A stretch of 64,000 nt of DNA from an uncultured Chloroflexia bacterium. Its GTDB lineage: Bacteria > Chloroflexota > Limnocylindria > Limnocylindrales > CSP1-4. A program made the position numbers and the translations under genes. How positions within the stretch are numbered: position 1 is the first letter of the stretch; the number at the start of each line of letters is the position of its first letter. Of the stretch, positions 35,870-49,204 are shown piece after piece. Below the pieces are notes generated by a model that was not told where the DNA came from, did not search any database, and was given only the letters and a program-made list of their open reading frames with translations. The stretch lies in the NCBI GenBank assembly GCA_963766735.1, contig CAVYBU010000019.1:1-64000 (forward strand), written 5' to 3'.

Positions 35870-36612
35870 CCGGCGCTCCCGGCCGGGTCCTGCGGGTCAT
35901 CGGCCTCGGAGGGTCGCCGGCCGTTGCCCCGGATCCGCTGGATCCCCTTGGCGACGGGCGTCCAGAGGCGCACGAAGTAGGTCGCGCGACCGCGCACGAG
36001 CTCAAGGGCAGGGAGGGCAGGGCGGCGAGGGCGGCCAGCAGGCCCTCGGGCGTCGACGGATCCCCGTCGAGCACGGTGTAGGCGACACCGACCTCGAGCG
36101 CGCTGTGCGCGTCCGACACGGCGACGCCGGGGAGCCCCAGCTCCCGCGCGAAGGCCGCCGCCTGCTCGTTGCCGGTTCCGCCCACCACGCGCGCGTTGTG
36201 GGCCTCGATCCAGTCCACGAGCCGGCCCATGGCCTCCAGGCCCGGATCCTTGAGCATGCGAGCCGCGGTACTTGTCGAACGGGTGCGGGATCCCGACCAG
36301 GCCGCCCTGCTCGCGGACCTCCGCGATCGTCTCGGCGGCAGGCCGGCCCGGGGCGACCGCGCGCTCGAGGAACAGCGCGATGAGGTCCCCGTCGGAGGTC
36401 TTGACCTCCTCGCCCACGATCACGGTGAGGCCCTCCGGGGCCGCGTCGCGCGCCATGAGCGCCCCGTCGATGGTGTCGTGATCGGTGATCGCGAGGTGCG
36501 TGATCCCCCGCGAGGCGGCCGCCCGGACCACGCTCTCGGGCCTGGCCAGGCAGTCGAAGCTGGCCGAGGTGTGGCAGTGCAGGTCGACAAACGCCCGCGT
36601 CACCGCGCTCAC
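35866..36612 (-). CDS. PHP-domain metal-dependent phosphoesterase (frameshifts)
   Basis: VDLHCHTSASFD, AITDHDT, GEEV, PHPFD, IEAHNAR, SDAHS. Confidence 0.88.
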   Translation of the reverse strand: MSAVTRAFVDLHCHTSASFDCLARPESVVRAAASRGITHLAITDHDTIDGALMARDAAPEGLTVIVGEEVKTSDGDLIALFLERAVAPGRPAAETIAEVREQGGLVGIPHPFDKYRGSHAQGSGPGGHGPARGLDRGPQRARGGRNRQRAGGGLRAGAGAPRRRRVGRAQRARGRCRLHRARRGSVDARGPAGRPRRPALPALELVRGRATYFVRLWTPVAKGIQRIRGNGRRPSEADDPQDPAGSAG

Positions 36613-36643
36613 GTCCGCAACCCGCCGGGAGGCAATCGAGCGC

Positions 36644-37642
36644 CTAGATCTGGGAGACCAGGGACTTCTTGAAGAAGTCGAAGTGCTCGAGCGCCAGCCC
36701 CGTCCCCAGGGCGACGCAGTTGAGCGAGTTCTCGGCGACGTGGCAGGGGACGCCGGTGACCTGGGTCAGCAGCTTGTCGATGTTGCGCAGCAGCGAGCCG
36801 CCGCCCGACATGACCATGCCCTTGTCGATGATGTCCGAGGACAGCTCCGGCGGCGTCTGCTCGAGGACCATGCGCACCGCCGCCACCAGCTGCTGGAGCG
36901 GGATCTCGATGGCCTCCATGACCTCGGAGGACGTGATCGGGATCGTGCGCGGCAGGCCCGCGATCAGGTCGCGGCCGCGGACCTCCATCGTCAGCTCGCG
37001 CTCGAGCGGCAGGGCGGTCCCGATCTGGATCTTGACCTCCTCCGCCGTCCGCTCGCCGACCATCAGGTTGTACTTCTTGCGGATGTAGGAGGTGATCGCC
37101 TCGTCGAACTTGTTGCCGCCGACGCGGAGGCTGTTGAACACGACGATGCCGCCGAGCGAGATGACCGCGATCTCGGACGTGCCGCCGCCGATGTCGATGA
37201 TCATGTTCCCGGACGGCCCGCTGATCGGCACGTTGGCGCCGATCGCCGCCGCCAGCGGCTCCTCGATCAGGAACGCGTCCTTGGCGCCGGCCTTGAGGGC
37301 CGCGTCGCGGACGGCGCGCTTCTCGACCGAGGTCACGCCGGCCGGGACGCTGATCATCACCTCGGGCCGGGAGAAGCCGATGCGGCCCTTGGTCGCCTTG
37401 CCGATGAAGAAGCGGAGCATGGCCTCCGTGATGACGTAGTCGGCGATGACGCCGTCCTTCATCGGGCGGATGGCCTGGATGTTGCCGGGCGTCCGGCCGA
37501 TCATCTCGCGGGCTTCCTCGCCCACGGCGACGATCCGGTTGTCCTCGCCGACCGCGACGACGGAGGGCTCCGTGATGACGATGCCCTTGCCCTTGACATA
37601 GACGATGACGTTCGCGGTTCCGAGGTCGATACCGATCTTCAT
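36644..37642 (-). CDS. mreB: Rod shape-determining protein MreB/Mbl
   Basis: [60 protein letters not shown]. Confidence 0.97.
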   Translation of the reverse strand: MKIGIDLGTANVIVYVKGKGIVITEPSVVAVGEDNRIVAVGEEAREMIGRTPGNIQAIRPMKDGVIADYVITEAMLRFFIGKATKGRIGFSRPEVMISVPAGVTSVEKRAVRDAALKAGAKDAFLIEEPLAAAIGANVPISGPSGNMIIDIGGGTSEIAVISLGGIVVFNSLRVGGNKFDEAITSYIRKKYNLMVGERTAEEVKIQIGTALPLERELTMEVRGRDLIAGLPRTIPITSSEVMEAIEIPLQQLVAAVRMVLEQTPPELSSDIIDKGMVMSGGGSLLRNIDKLLTQVTGVPCHVAENSLNCVALGTGLALEHFDFFKKSLVSQI

Positions 37643-37723
37643 GACGGCGGGAATGCTACTCCTGAAGCGGGGCCCGGCCCGTGGAGGCCGGCAGGATGGA
37701 TGAGGGGTTGGGGCGACTGGGCC

Positions 37724-39055
37724 TCAGGCCCGATCGGCCGAACGGGTGATGCTCGCCCCGAGCTGCTGGAACTTGCGGTCGATGTTCTCATACCCGCGGT
37801 GAACGTGGTGTGCGCCGTGGATCAGGGACGCGCCGTCCGCCGCGAGGGCGGCCAGGATGAGCGACGCGCCGGCGCGCAGGTCGCTGATGGACGCCTCGGC
37901 GCCGTGGAGGCGGACCGGGCCGTGGATCGACGCGTGGTGGGCGTCCTCGATATCGATCCGTGCACCCAGCTTGCGCAGCTCGGCCAGCCACTCGATGCGA
38001 TCCTCGAAGATCGCCTCGTGGACGCGCGAGGTGCCGGTGGCCTGGGTCAGGAGCACGCAGGTGGGCGGCTGGACGTCCGTGGCCAGGCCCGGGTACGGCG
38101 CGGTCTCGATGTCGCAGGCGCGCAGGTCGCCGGGCCGCAGGTCCGTGGCGTCGATGTCGATGGTGTGTGCCCCGCAGGCGACCGGCACGCCGATCCGGCC
38201 GAAGGCCTCGATCAGGCCCTGGACGTGGCTGCAGGCTGCGTTCTCCAGCGTCAGCCGGCCGCCGGTGACCGCCGCCGCCACGAGGAAGGTCCCCGTCTCG
38301 ATCCGGTCCGGCAGCACCGAGTGGTTGGCACCGCGGAGCCGCTGGCGGCCGTGGACCTCGATGACGTCCGGGGCCGTCCGCTTGACATCGGCCCCCATCT
38401 CGCGCAGGAAGACGATCAGGTCGTCGACCTCCGGCTCCTGCGCCGCCGGCCGGATGACCGTGTCGCCCTCGGCCAGGGTGGCCGCCAGCATCGCGTTCTC
38501 GGTGCCCATCACGGTCACCTGGGGGAACGTCACCTCGCCGCCACGGAGCCGGCCCGGCGCCTGGGCGTAGTAGTAGCCGTTGCGGTACTCGATCTCCGCG
38601 CCCAGCGCGCGCATCGCGTCCACGTGGAGGTTGACCGGGCGCCGGCCGATCCGGTCCCCGCCCGGGTTGCTGATGATGACGCGCCCGAAGCGGGCGAGGA
38701 GCGGGCCCAGCAGGATGAACGAGGCGCGCATCTTGGCGGCGGCCTCGAGCGGGATGAACAGCCAGTCCACGTCGCCGGCGGCGATCTCGTAGACGCCGGG
38801 GGCCGGGTGATCCACCACGACGCCCAGGTCCGTGAGGACCTCCGCCATGACGCGGACGTCCTCGATCTCGGGCACGTTCTCGAAGCGGCAGCGCTCGCCC
38901 GTCAGGACGGCGGCCGCAAGCAGCTTGAGGGCGGCATTCTTGGCGCCGCTGACCGTGACCGTGCCCCGGAGCGGGCGGCCACCCTCGATCCGGAAGGCTT
39001 CCGGGGGTGCCGCTTCCGGGTGGTACTCCCAGTGGAACGGCCGGGCGTCAGCCAT
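37724..39055 (-). CDS. murA: UDP-N-acetylglucosamine 1-carboxyvinyltransferase
   Basis: SGAKNAAL, MRASF, PGGDRIGRRPVNLH (Asp at the fosfomycin-target Cys position), TVMGTEN, EPEV, PDRIETGT, YPGLATD, DLRAGA, RGYE. Confidence 0.96.
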   Translation of the reverse strand: MADARPFHWEYHPEAAPPEAFRIEGGRPLRGTVTVSGAKNAALKLLAAAVLTGERCRFENVPEIEDVRVMAEVLTDLGVVVDHPAPGVYEIAAGDVDWLFIPLEAAAKMRASFILLGPLLARFGRVIISNPGGDRIGRRPVNLHVDAMRALGAEIEYRNGYYYAQAPGRLRGGEVTFPQVTVMGTENAMLAATLAEGDTVIRPAAQEPEVDDLIVFLREMGADVKRTAPDVIEVHGRQRLRGANHSVLPDRIETGTFLVAAAVTGGRLTLENAACSHVQGLIEAFGRIGVPVACGAHTIDIDATDLRPGDLRACDIETAPYPGLATDVQPPTCVLLTQATGTSRVHEAIFEDRIEWLAELRKLGARIDIEDAHHASIHGPVRLHGAEASISDLRAGASLILAALAADGASLIHGAHHVHRGYENIDRKFQQLGASITRSADRA

Positions 39056-39058
39056 GGT

Positions 39059-39487
39059 CTAGCCGCGCGAGCGCGGGCCCTCCCGGTGGCGGCGTTCGGC
39101 AACCCGGATCCGGAGCAGCGCCTGCTGCAGCTCGCCACGGGCGGCCGCGAGGTCCGCCCCCTCGTGGTAGCCGGACTCGAGCGCGCGCTCCGCCTCGTTG
39201 CGGGCCTCCTCGGCCTTCTCGAGGTCGATCTCGGACGCCATGTCGGCCGTCTCGGCCATCACGACGACCTTGTCCGGGCGGACCTGGAGGAACCCGCCCG
39301 CGATGGCGAAGGTCTCCTCGTCGCCGCCCTTGCGGATCCGGAGCTCGCCCACGCCCAGCAGGCTGACCAGCGGAGTGTGGTGGGGCAGGATCCCAAGCTC
39401 GCCGTCGATGCCCGGCACCAGGACCATGTCGACCTCGTCCGAGTACGCCAGCCGCTCGGGCGTGACGATCTCGAGGTGGAGCGTCAT
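39059..39487 (-). CDS. atpC: ATP synthase F1 epsilon subunit
   Basis: MTLHLEIVTPER, GELGILPHHTPL, GGFLQV, EIDLEKAEEA. Confidence 0.95.
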   Translation of the reverse strand: MTLHLEIVTPERLAYSDEVDMVLVPGIDGELGILPHHTPLVSLLGVGELRIRKGGDEETFAIAGGFLQVRPDKVVVMAETADMASEIDLEKAEEARNEAERALESGYHEGADLAAARGELQQALLRIRVAERRHREGPRSRG

Positions 39488-39506
39488 CAGTTCGTACCCC
39501 AGTGAC

Positions 39507-39777
39507 GGCCGCTCTCGGCGTGCGCGCTGTCGGGCCGATTCCAGTCCTGCGGGACTGAGATCGGCCTCCATCGCGCCGCCTGCGCGGCCGATTGGCGGTG
39601 AGGCTGCCGCTCCACCCATCCTCCTCGACCCGAGACGGGCGTCCTGACGACGGGCGCCGGGCATCACGGGGAGAGGGAGGGAGGAGGAGACGGACAGTGC
39701 CCGCGCAGACGTCCGGAAAGAGGGCGATCTCAGTCCGCAGACTGGAATCGCCCGAAGGCCGGACGGCGAGAGCGGGC
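39507..39777. repeat. ~270-bp element with ~90-bp imperfect inverted arms (MITE-like or rod-shaped RNA)
   Basis: 39507-39598 aligns with the reverse complement of 39689-39777, e.g. CGATTCCAGTCCTGCGGGACTGAGATCG vs CGATTCCAGTCTGCGGACTGAGATCG. Confidence 0.75.
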
Positions 39778-39792
39778 ACATCTGCATCAGCC

Positions 39793-42095
<2,303 letters not shown>

Positions 42096-42118
42096 TGCTC
42101 GCTACCGCTCCGGGCCGC

Positions 42119-43651
<1,533 letters not shown>

Positions 43652-43720
43652 GGCGTCTCCGTCTGGGCGTTCGCAGGCTCCCGTTCGCTCCGGCTCTCGA
43701 CCGGCCGCGCGGGCGGGGGG

Positions 43721-44272
43721 CTAGCGGAGGCGTGCCCCCGCGTGTAGCTGGTCGCGCAGCCGCTCGAGGCGGCCGCGGATCGAGGCGTCGAGGAGCTGGT
43801 CGCGGACCTGGACGGTCAGCCCGCCCAGGAGGTCCGGATCGACCTCCGCACGGAGCTCCACGGTGGTGCCGGCCATCGTCTCGACCCGGTTCCGGATCGC
43901 GGCGGTCTCGTCCGCGGTGAGCGGCACGGCGCTGGTGACGGTGGCCATGACCACCGCGCGGTGAGCGTTGAGGCGCCGGGCGTACTCCTCGGCAACGCGG
44001 GGGAGGATGCCCACCCGACCGCGTTCCACGAGCAGCGCCACGAGTCGCAGCGCCCCCGGCTGGATCCGCGCCTCCAGGAGCCCGGCCACGATGGCCTTGC
44101 GCTGGACGAGCGGGATGGCCGGGCTGTCCACGACCGGCGCGACGTCGGGCCGGCCGAGGATCTCCGCCGAGAGCGCGAGGTCCTCCTTCCAGCGGTCGAG
44201 CTGGTCGTGCGCGAGGGCCACCTCGAAGGCGGCCTCCGCGTAGCGACGGGCGGCGGCGACGGGTCGGCTCAT
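43721..44272 (-). CDS. atpH: ATP synthase F1 delta subunit
   Basis: ARRYAEA, LVERGR, VTSAVPL, VDPDLLGG...DASIRGRL. Confidence 0.94.
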   Translation of the reverse strand: MSRPVAAARRYAEAAFEVALAHDQLDRWKEDLALSAEILGRPDVAPVVDSPAIPLVQRKAIVAGLLEARIQPGALRLVALLVERGRVGILPRVAEEYARRLNAHRAVVMATVTSAVPLTADETAAIRNRVETMAGTTVELRAEVDPDLLGGLTVQVRDQLLDASIRGRLERLRDQLHAGARLR

Positions 44273-44848
44273 CAGTTCCTGGACCCGGCCGAGTCGGCGA
44301 GGAAGTCCGCTACCAGCTTGCGCTGGCGATCAGAGGTCATCGAGTCGCCGACGACGCGGCCGGCGGCGGCAAGGGCGAGGTCGGTGACCTCCCCACGGAG
44401 CTCTGCGATGGCTCGCTGCTTCTCCGCGTCGATCTCGGCCGTGGCGCGCTCGCGCAGACGTCCGAGCTCTTCGCGGGTGGCGGCGATATCCGCTTCCCTC
44501 GACTCCGCGGCAACCTTCTGGGCGCGGTTGATGATCTCGTTTGCTTCCCGGCGCGCCTCCTGGAGGGCGGCCAGCCGCTCCTGTTCGCCGGACTCGCGAT
44601 CCCTCCGGGCCTGGTCAGCGTCCTGGAGGCCCTGCTCGATACGCGAGCGGCGGTCCTCGAGGGTCTTGCTCAGGCCTGCGAAGGGCGAACTCGCGGATCA
44701 GGAAGAAGAACAGGATGAAGGTCGTCGCCGAGACGATGATCCAGAACAGGTTGATCTGGAACGGCTCCGCCCCGGCCGCCTCGCCGCCCTCAGCTGCGAG
44801 CGCGGCGACCTGCCGGACGCCGTCACGGACAAGGGCGAGGATGTCCAC
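44272..44848 (-). CDS. atpF: ATP synthase F0 subunit b (frameshift near 44680)
   Basis: FQINLFWIIVSATTFILFFFL TM segment, then LSKTLEDRRSRIEQGLQDA coiled coil; position between atpE and atpH. Confidence 0.9.
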
Positions 44849-44857
44849 GGCCGGCAA

Positions 44858-45070
44858 CTACGCGGCGAAGATCGCGAGGAGGCCGACGACGATCGCGAGC
44901 ACGCCAAGGCCCTCGGCGAAGGCCGCGAGGATGATGGCGAGACCGCGGATCTGGCCGGCGGCGTCAGGGTTGCGGCCGATCGCGCTGCTCGACATGCCGG
45001 CGAGGATGCCGATGCCGATGCCGGGGCCAAGGACGCCTAGAGCGGCGATGCCGGCGCCAATCGCTTCCAT
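44858..45070 (-). CDS. atpE: ATP synthase F0 subunit c (proton type)
   Basis: GPGIGIG, RNP loop, FAEG; lacks the Q...ES/T Na+ signature. Confidence 0.95.
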   Translation of the reverse strand: MEAIGAGIAALGVLGPGIGIGILAGMSSSAIGRNPDAAGQIRGLAIILAAFAEGLGVLAIVVGLLAIFAA

Positions 45071-45123
45071 CGAGTGAAACCCTCCATTCGACCCGGGTTG
45101 GCCGGGTTCAGGTGCCTAGGTGA

Positions 45124-46086
45124 TCAGTGGGCCCCGGCCGTTGCCGGCTCGGGATCCGTGGGGGCTGGCTGCGGCTCGTGCTCCTCATGGTGCTCGTCGC
45201 CGTGATGCTCGATCGCCGCCAGGGTGAACATGAGTGTCAGCGTACTGAAGATGAGCGCCTGGACGAGGTTCAGCATGACCTCGAGGGCGTACATGGCAAG
45301 GGGGATGAACGCCACCGTCAGGGCCGTGAGGACGCCGAGGGCGACCTCACCGCCGTAGATGTTGCCGAAGAGTCGCATGGACAGCGTGACCGGCTTCACG
45401 AACTCCAGGAGGAGCTCCACGAGGCCCACGAACATGGCGATGAGCCCCGCCCCGATCCCCTTCCTGAACTCGGTCACGGGGAAGAACTTGCCCAGGTAGC
45501 CCAGGCCCAGGTGCTTGAAGCCCTGGAACTGGAAGAACAGGAACGCGACCATCGCCAGGCCGATGGTGACGTTCACGTCGCTCGTCGGCGCACGGAACCA
45601 GATCACCCGGCCGACGCCGGGGATGAGCCCCGACCAGTTGCTGAACAGGATCAGGAGGAAGAAGGCGGCAAACAGCGGGATGTAGGGCTTGGCCCCCGGA
45701 CCGCCCAGCGACATCGCGAAGCTCTCGAGGGACTCGAAGATCCACTCGGCTACGTTCTGCCGGCCACTGGGGATCATCCTCGCTCCCCGGGCCATCAGCC
45801 AGAACGAGAGGATCACGACGACCGCCACGATCCACAGGGTCAGCAGCGTGGACGAGATGCTCACGTCAAAGACCACGAGGCCGGGCGGCGTGTGGTGGCC
45901 GACCGGGATCACGGCGTGGGGTGCCGGGAGTTCGAGGTTGCCGTTGATGAAGCAGATCGGGTAGACGCACTCGGCGGTGGCACCGCCCTCGGCCGTCGGA
46001 TCGAACGGGGGGACGACGAAGAACGCGATGACGTCGATGACGAGGACTGCGGCGAGCATCAGCAGGATGCGGTTGCGGCGGCTCAT
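45124..46086 (-). CDS. atpB: ATP synthase F0 subunit a
   Basis: PSGRQNVAE, NWSGLIPG, APTSDVN, LSMRLFGNIYGGE, VQALIFSTL. Confidence 0.95.
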   Translation of the reverse strand: MSRRNRILLMLAAVLVIDVIAFFVVPPFDPTAEGGATAECVYPICFINGNLELPAPHAVIPVGHHTPPGLVVFDVSISSTLLTLWIVAVVVILSFWLMARGARMIPSGRQNVAEWIFESLESFAMSLGGPGAKPYIPLFAAFFLLILFSNWSGLIPGVGRVIWFRAPTSDVNVTIGLAMVAFLFFQFQGFKHLGLGYLGKFFPVTEFRKGIGAGLIAMFVGLVELLLEFVKPVTLSMRLFGNIYGGEVALGVLTALTVAFIPLAMYALEVMLNLVQALIFSTLTLMFTLAAIEHHGDEHHEEHEPQPAPTDPEPATAGAH

Positions 46087-46183
46087 CGATCCGCTTCCAC
46101 CATCCGTGTTTCGCGCGTCACGTTCCCTCCGTGCAGCGGCGCGGCCATCGGCCACGCGTCATCCGTGTCCGTTCCGTGGCCGG

Positions 46184-46396
46184 TCAGTCCAACCGCTTCA
46201 GGAACCGTGTCAGCAGGCGATAGATCCCAAATGCTCCAAGCCCGGCGCCGGCAAGGAAGCCGACCAGAATGAACAGCGGCCTGGTTCCCAGCTCCTGGTC
46301 CACCCAGTAACCCGCCGCCACTCCGGCGAGCGTCGTAACGAGGAGGACCAGGCCGATCTCGGAGAACAGCGCGAGGTATCCGAAACCGGCATTCAT
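46184..46396 (-). CDS. AtpZ/AtpI-family (ATPase gene 1) protein
   Basis: Two-TM hairpin G...GYWVDQELGTRPLF.LVG...G at the head of the atp operon. Confidence 0.85.
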   Translation of the reverse strand: MNAGFGYLALFSEIGLVLLVTTLAGVAAGYWVDQELGTRPLFILVGFLAGAGLGAFGIYRLLTRFLKRLD

Positions 46397-46443
46397 GGGC
46401 GACCAACCACCGCGCCGGTGACTATACCAGAGCCCCCCGGGGG

Positions 46444-47991
46444 TCAGGAAAGCGCCAGGACGGCGTCAATGTCGATCCTCCCATCGCCGACGGCGCGGAC
46501 CTCGATGGCGTGTGACACGCCGGGGCCGCGGGCAAGTCCCCCGACGTACAGGACCCGGCGGTGGACCGTCGCGCTCGCCCTCTCGCTGACGGTGGCGACC
46601 TTCGCGCCGTCCACCCAGACCTCGAAGCTGCCGCGGTTGGCCGAACGGGGGCCGACGATCGCGAACTGGCGGACGTCGGTCAGGGTGACGCTGGCGGAAG
46701 CACCCGCGGCGCCCGCGGAGCGCTGCCCGCCGCCGGAGGCGTTGCCGGTGGCATGCGTCGTCCAGGCCCCAGCAAAGGTGAGGGCCGGATCGGTCTCCTG
46801 GTAGCGGGCGACCCGCGCCGTCGACGAATAGCGCCAGGACCCGGTCCGGCCGGCGGTGTCCGTGGTCCGGGCGCGCCAGCGGAACGTGGGGCCGACGGGG
46901 AGGTCGCGGCGGATCGACCGGGCGGTGGAACGAGAGATGACGGTCATCGGGTAGGTGGCGCCGGCGTTGCCGCTCGCCTGCACGATGTAGGAGCGAACCC
47001 CGGACCCACGGCGGGTCACGCCACACCAGGAGAGCCTGGCCGGGACCGTGACGTCGATGGTGCTGTCCGCGATGAAGCCCACCGTCGGCCGGTCGGTGAT
47101 CGGGCTGCTCGAGAGGCCATCCTGGCCGGGGCGGGCGATTGTGATGGACACGGTGGCGGTGTCGGTCCGGCCCTCGCTGTCGCGGACGGTGTAGGTGAAC
47201 GAATCGTCGCCCGTGGCGCAGGCCCTGGCGTTGTAGCGGACGCCGGCACCGTCGGCAGCGATGGAGACCGACACCTTCGTGCCCTGCGTCACGGCGGTGA
47301 CCGCAAGGGTGGGCGCCGGCTCCGGGGTGACCGGGCCGGAGGCCGGAGCGGAGACATCGTTGTCCAGGACCGCCAGCGTCCCGGCGCCGGTGGCATCCAC
47401 CGTGAATGCGTCTGCTCGAGCATCCGGTGCGTCGTTGGCCACGGCGACGGCCGGGGTCTGGCCCGGCGTCGACGGGAGGGTGGGCGCCGGCGACGCGATC
47501 AACGGGTCCATGGAGTCACCAGAGGGCCCCGGCGTGGGTGCGTGCGACGGTGGGGGGCTCGGGGTGAGCGCCACCGCGACGGGCGTTGGCGGGACCGGGG
47601 CGGAGGGGACCGGCTGCGATGTGGTGCCGGACCCGAACGCGCTGACGGCCAGGAGGACCAGGCTGGTGACGAGGAGCACGCCGGCAGCGTCGCGCCAGAG
47701 GCGGCGGCGCATCGACACATCGAGCGGCGGTTCGACTGCCGGATCATCGGCCCCGGCGACCGCGGCATCCTCGGCCTGGTTGTCGGCCGGCGCGGCGAGA
47801 CCCGTGGGGAGATCGCCGCCGACACCGATGCGCGAGAGGATCTCCTCCTGGGTCAGGTCCGGGCCCATCGTTGCGGCGACGACGTGCGCGGCCCTGACCG
47901 CAGCGCGGCGGCGTCGGACCAGGAAGGCGATGATCACCCCCGCCACGACGAGGGATATCGCGATCAGCAGGAAGGACAGGAGCGGCGGCAT
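46444..47991 (-). CDS. Membrane-anchored surface protein with Ig-like (Big_9/cadherin-like), Fn3-like and jelly-roll domains
   Basis: Two TM helices, Pro-rich linker, NDAPDARAD...VLDND...GDDSFTYTVRD, FRWRARTTDTAG, GSFEVWVDG. Confidence 0.75.
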   Translation of the reverse strand: MPPLLSFLLIAISLVVAGVIIAFLVRRRRAAVRAAHVVAATMGPDLTQEEILSRIGVGGDLPTGLAAPADNQAEDAAVAGADDPAVEPPLDVSMRRRLWRDAAGVLLVTSLVLLAVSAFGSGTTSQPVPSAPVPPTPVAVALTPSPPPSHAPTPGPSGDSMDPLIASPAPTLPSTPGQTPAVAVANDAPDARADAFTVDATGAGTLAVLDNDVSAPASGPVTPEPAPTLAVTAVTQGTKVSVSIAADGAGVRYNARACATGDDSFTYTVRDSEGRTDTATVSITIARPGQDGLSSSPITDRPTVGFIADSTIDVTVPARLSWCGVTRRGSGVRSYIVQASGNAGATYPMTVISRSTARSIRRDLPVGPTFRWRARTTDTAGRTGSWRYSSTARVARYQETDPALTFAGAWTTHATGNASGGGQRSAGAAGASASVTLTDVRQFAIVGPRSANRGSFEVWVDGAKVATVSERASATVHRRVLYVGGLARGPGVSHAIEVRAVGDGRIDIDAVLALS

Positions 47992-48076
47992 CGGCCCTCG
48001 GCATGCCGGTACCTCCGGGGTGCCGGTCGCTCGATGCTAGCACCGCGCGAAGCTGCTCCGCCCTCGGCCTGATGCC

Positions 48077-49189
48077 CTATTCCGCGGTCTCAGGCTCCTC
48101 GTACGTCTCCGCCTCGAGGGCGTTGGCCGTCTCGCCACGCGTCAACAGGAACAGCCCGAGGCCGAACGCGACGGCCAGGCCAAGGAACGCGTAGAGCTGC
48201 CCGGTGCCCGAGAGCACGAACGTGAGCACGGCAAGCAGGATGCAGATCGCGTAGATCACCAGGACCGTCTGGCTCTGGGAGAGACCCAGGTCCAGCAGGC
48301 GGTGATGGATGTGCCCGCGGTCCGGTGAGAACGGCGAACGCCCAGCGACGAGTCGCCGGACAATGATCCAGAACGTGTCCAGGATCGGCACGCCCAGCAC
48401 CAGGAGCGCCACCGCGACCTTCGCCGAACCCAGGATCGAGAGCACGGCCAGCGTGTAGCCGACGAACATGACCCCGCTGGTGCCGATGAAGATGGTCGCC
48501 GGGTGGAAGTTCCAGCGCAGGAACCCGAGCAGGGACCCCGCCAGCGCGAAGCACAGGATCGCGATGAACGGCTGGCCGATCGCCGTCGTCATCGAGATCA
48601 GGCCCAACGTGGCCGCGGCGATCAGCGCGATCCCGGACGACAGGCCGTCCAGCCCATCGATGAAGTTGATGCTGTTGATCATCCCCACGATCCACAGCAT
48701 CGTGAAGCCGATCGCGAACGGCTCGCTCAGGCTGATGTTGCCGGGCCCGAACGGGTTGTTCAGGTAGGTCACCGTGATCCCCGCCGCCACCGCCAGGCCG
48801 GCGAGCACGAGCTGGCCCAGCAGCTGCCAGCGCGCGCGCAGCTGGAACGTGTCGTCCAGGATCCCGAGCAGCGTCGCCGCGATGCCACCCGCCAGCAGCG
48901 CGATCAGATCCGCGGATTCGAGGGTCCAGGGCATGGGAACGGCGGCGGTCTGGGAATTGAGCGCGATGCCAGCCACCGCGACCACGAGGAAGGCGACGGC
49001 GACCGCGACGCCACCGCCCCGCGGGATCGGGGCAGCGTTGACGCGCCTGTCATCGGGACGGTCGACGTTGTCGAGGCGAATGGCCACGCGCAGGACGAGC
49101 GGGGTGAGCACCAGCGCGAGGAGCGCTGCGACCACGAACGCGGCGACGAGGAACGGGAGCACCTCGCCGAACGTCGAGATCAGCCGCAT
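48077..49189 (-). CDS. Undecaprenyl-phosphate GlcNAc-1-phosphate transferase (WecA/TagO, MraY family)
   Basis: PRGGG, GILDD, NSINFIDGLDGL, NFHPATIFIG, DRGHIHHRL. Confidence 0.93.
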   Translation of the reverse strand: MRLISTFGEVLPFLVAAFVVAALLALVLTPLVLRVAIRLDNVDRPDDRRVNAAPIPRGGGVAVAVAFLVVAVAGIALNSQTAAVPMPWTLESADLIALLAGGIAATLLGILDDTFQLRARWQLLGQLVLAGLAVAAGITVTYLNNPFGPGNISLSEPFAIGFTMLWIVGMINSINFIDGLDGLSSGIALIAAATLGLISMTTAIGQPFIAILCFALAGSLLGFLRWNFHPATIFIGTSGVMFVGYTLAVLSILGSAKVAVALLVLGVPILDTFWIIVRRLVAGRSPFSPDRGHIHHRLLDLGLSQSQTVLVIYAICILLAVLTFVLSGTGQLYAFLGLAVAFGLGLFLLTRGETANALEAETYEEPETAE

Positions 49190-49204
49190 GTCGGGACCCC
49201 GGTC

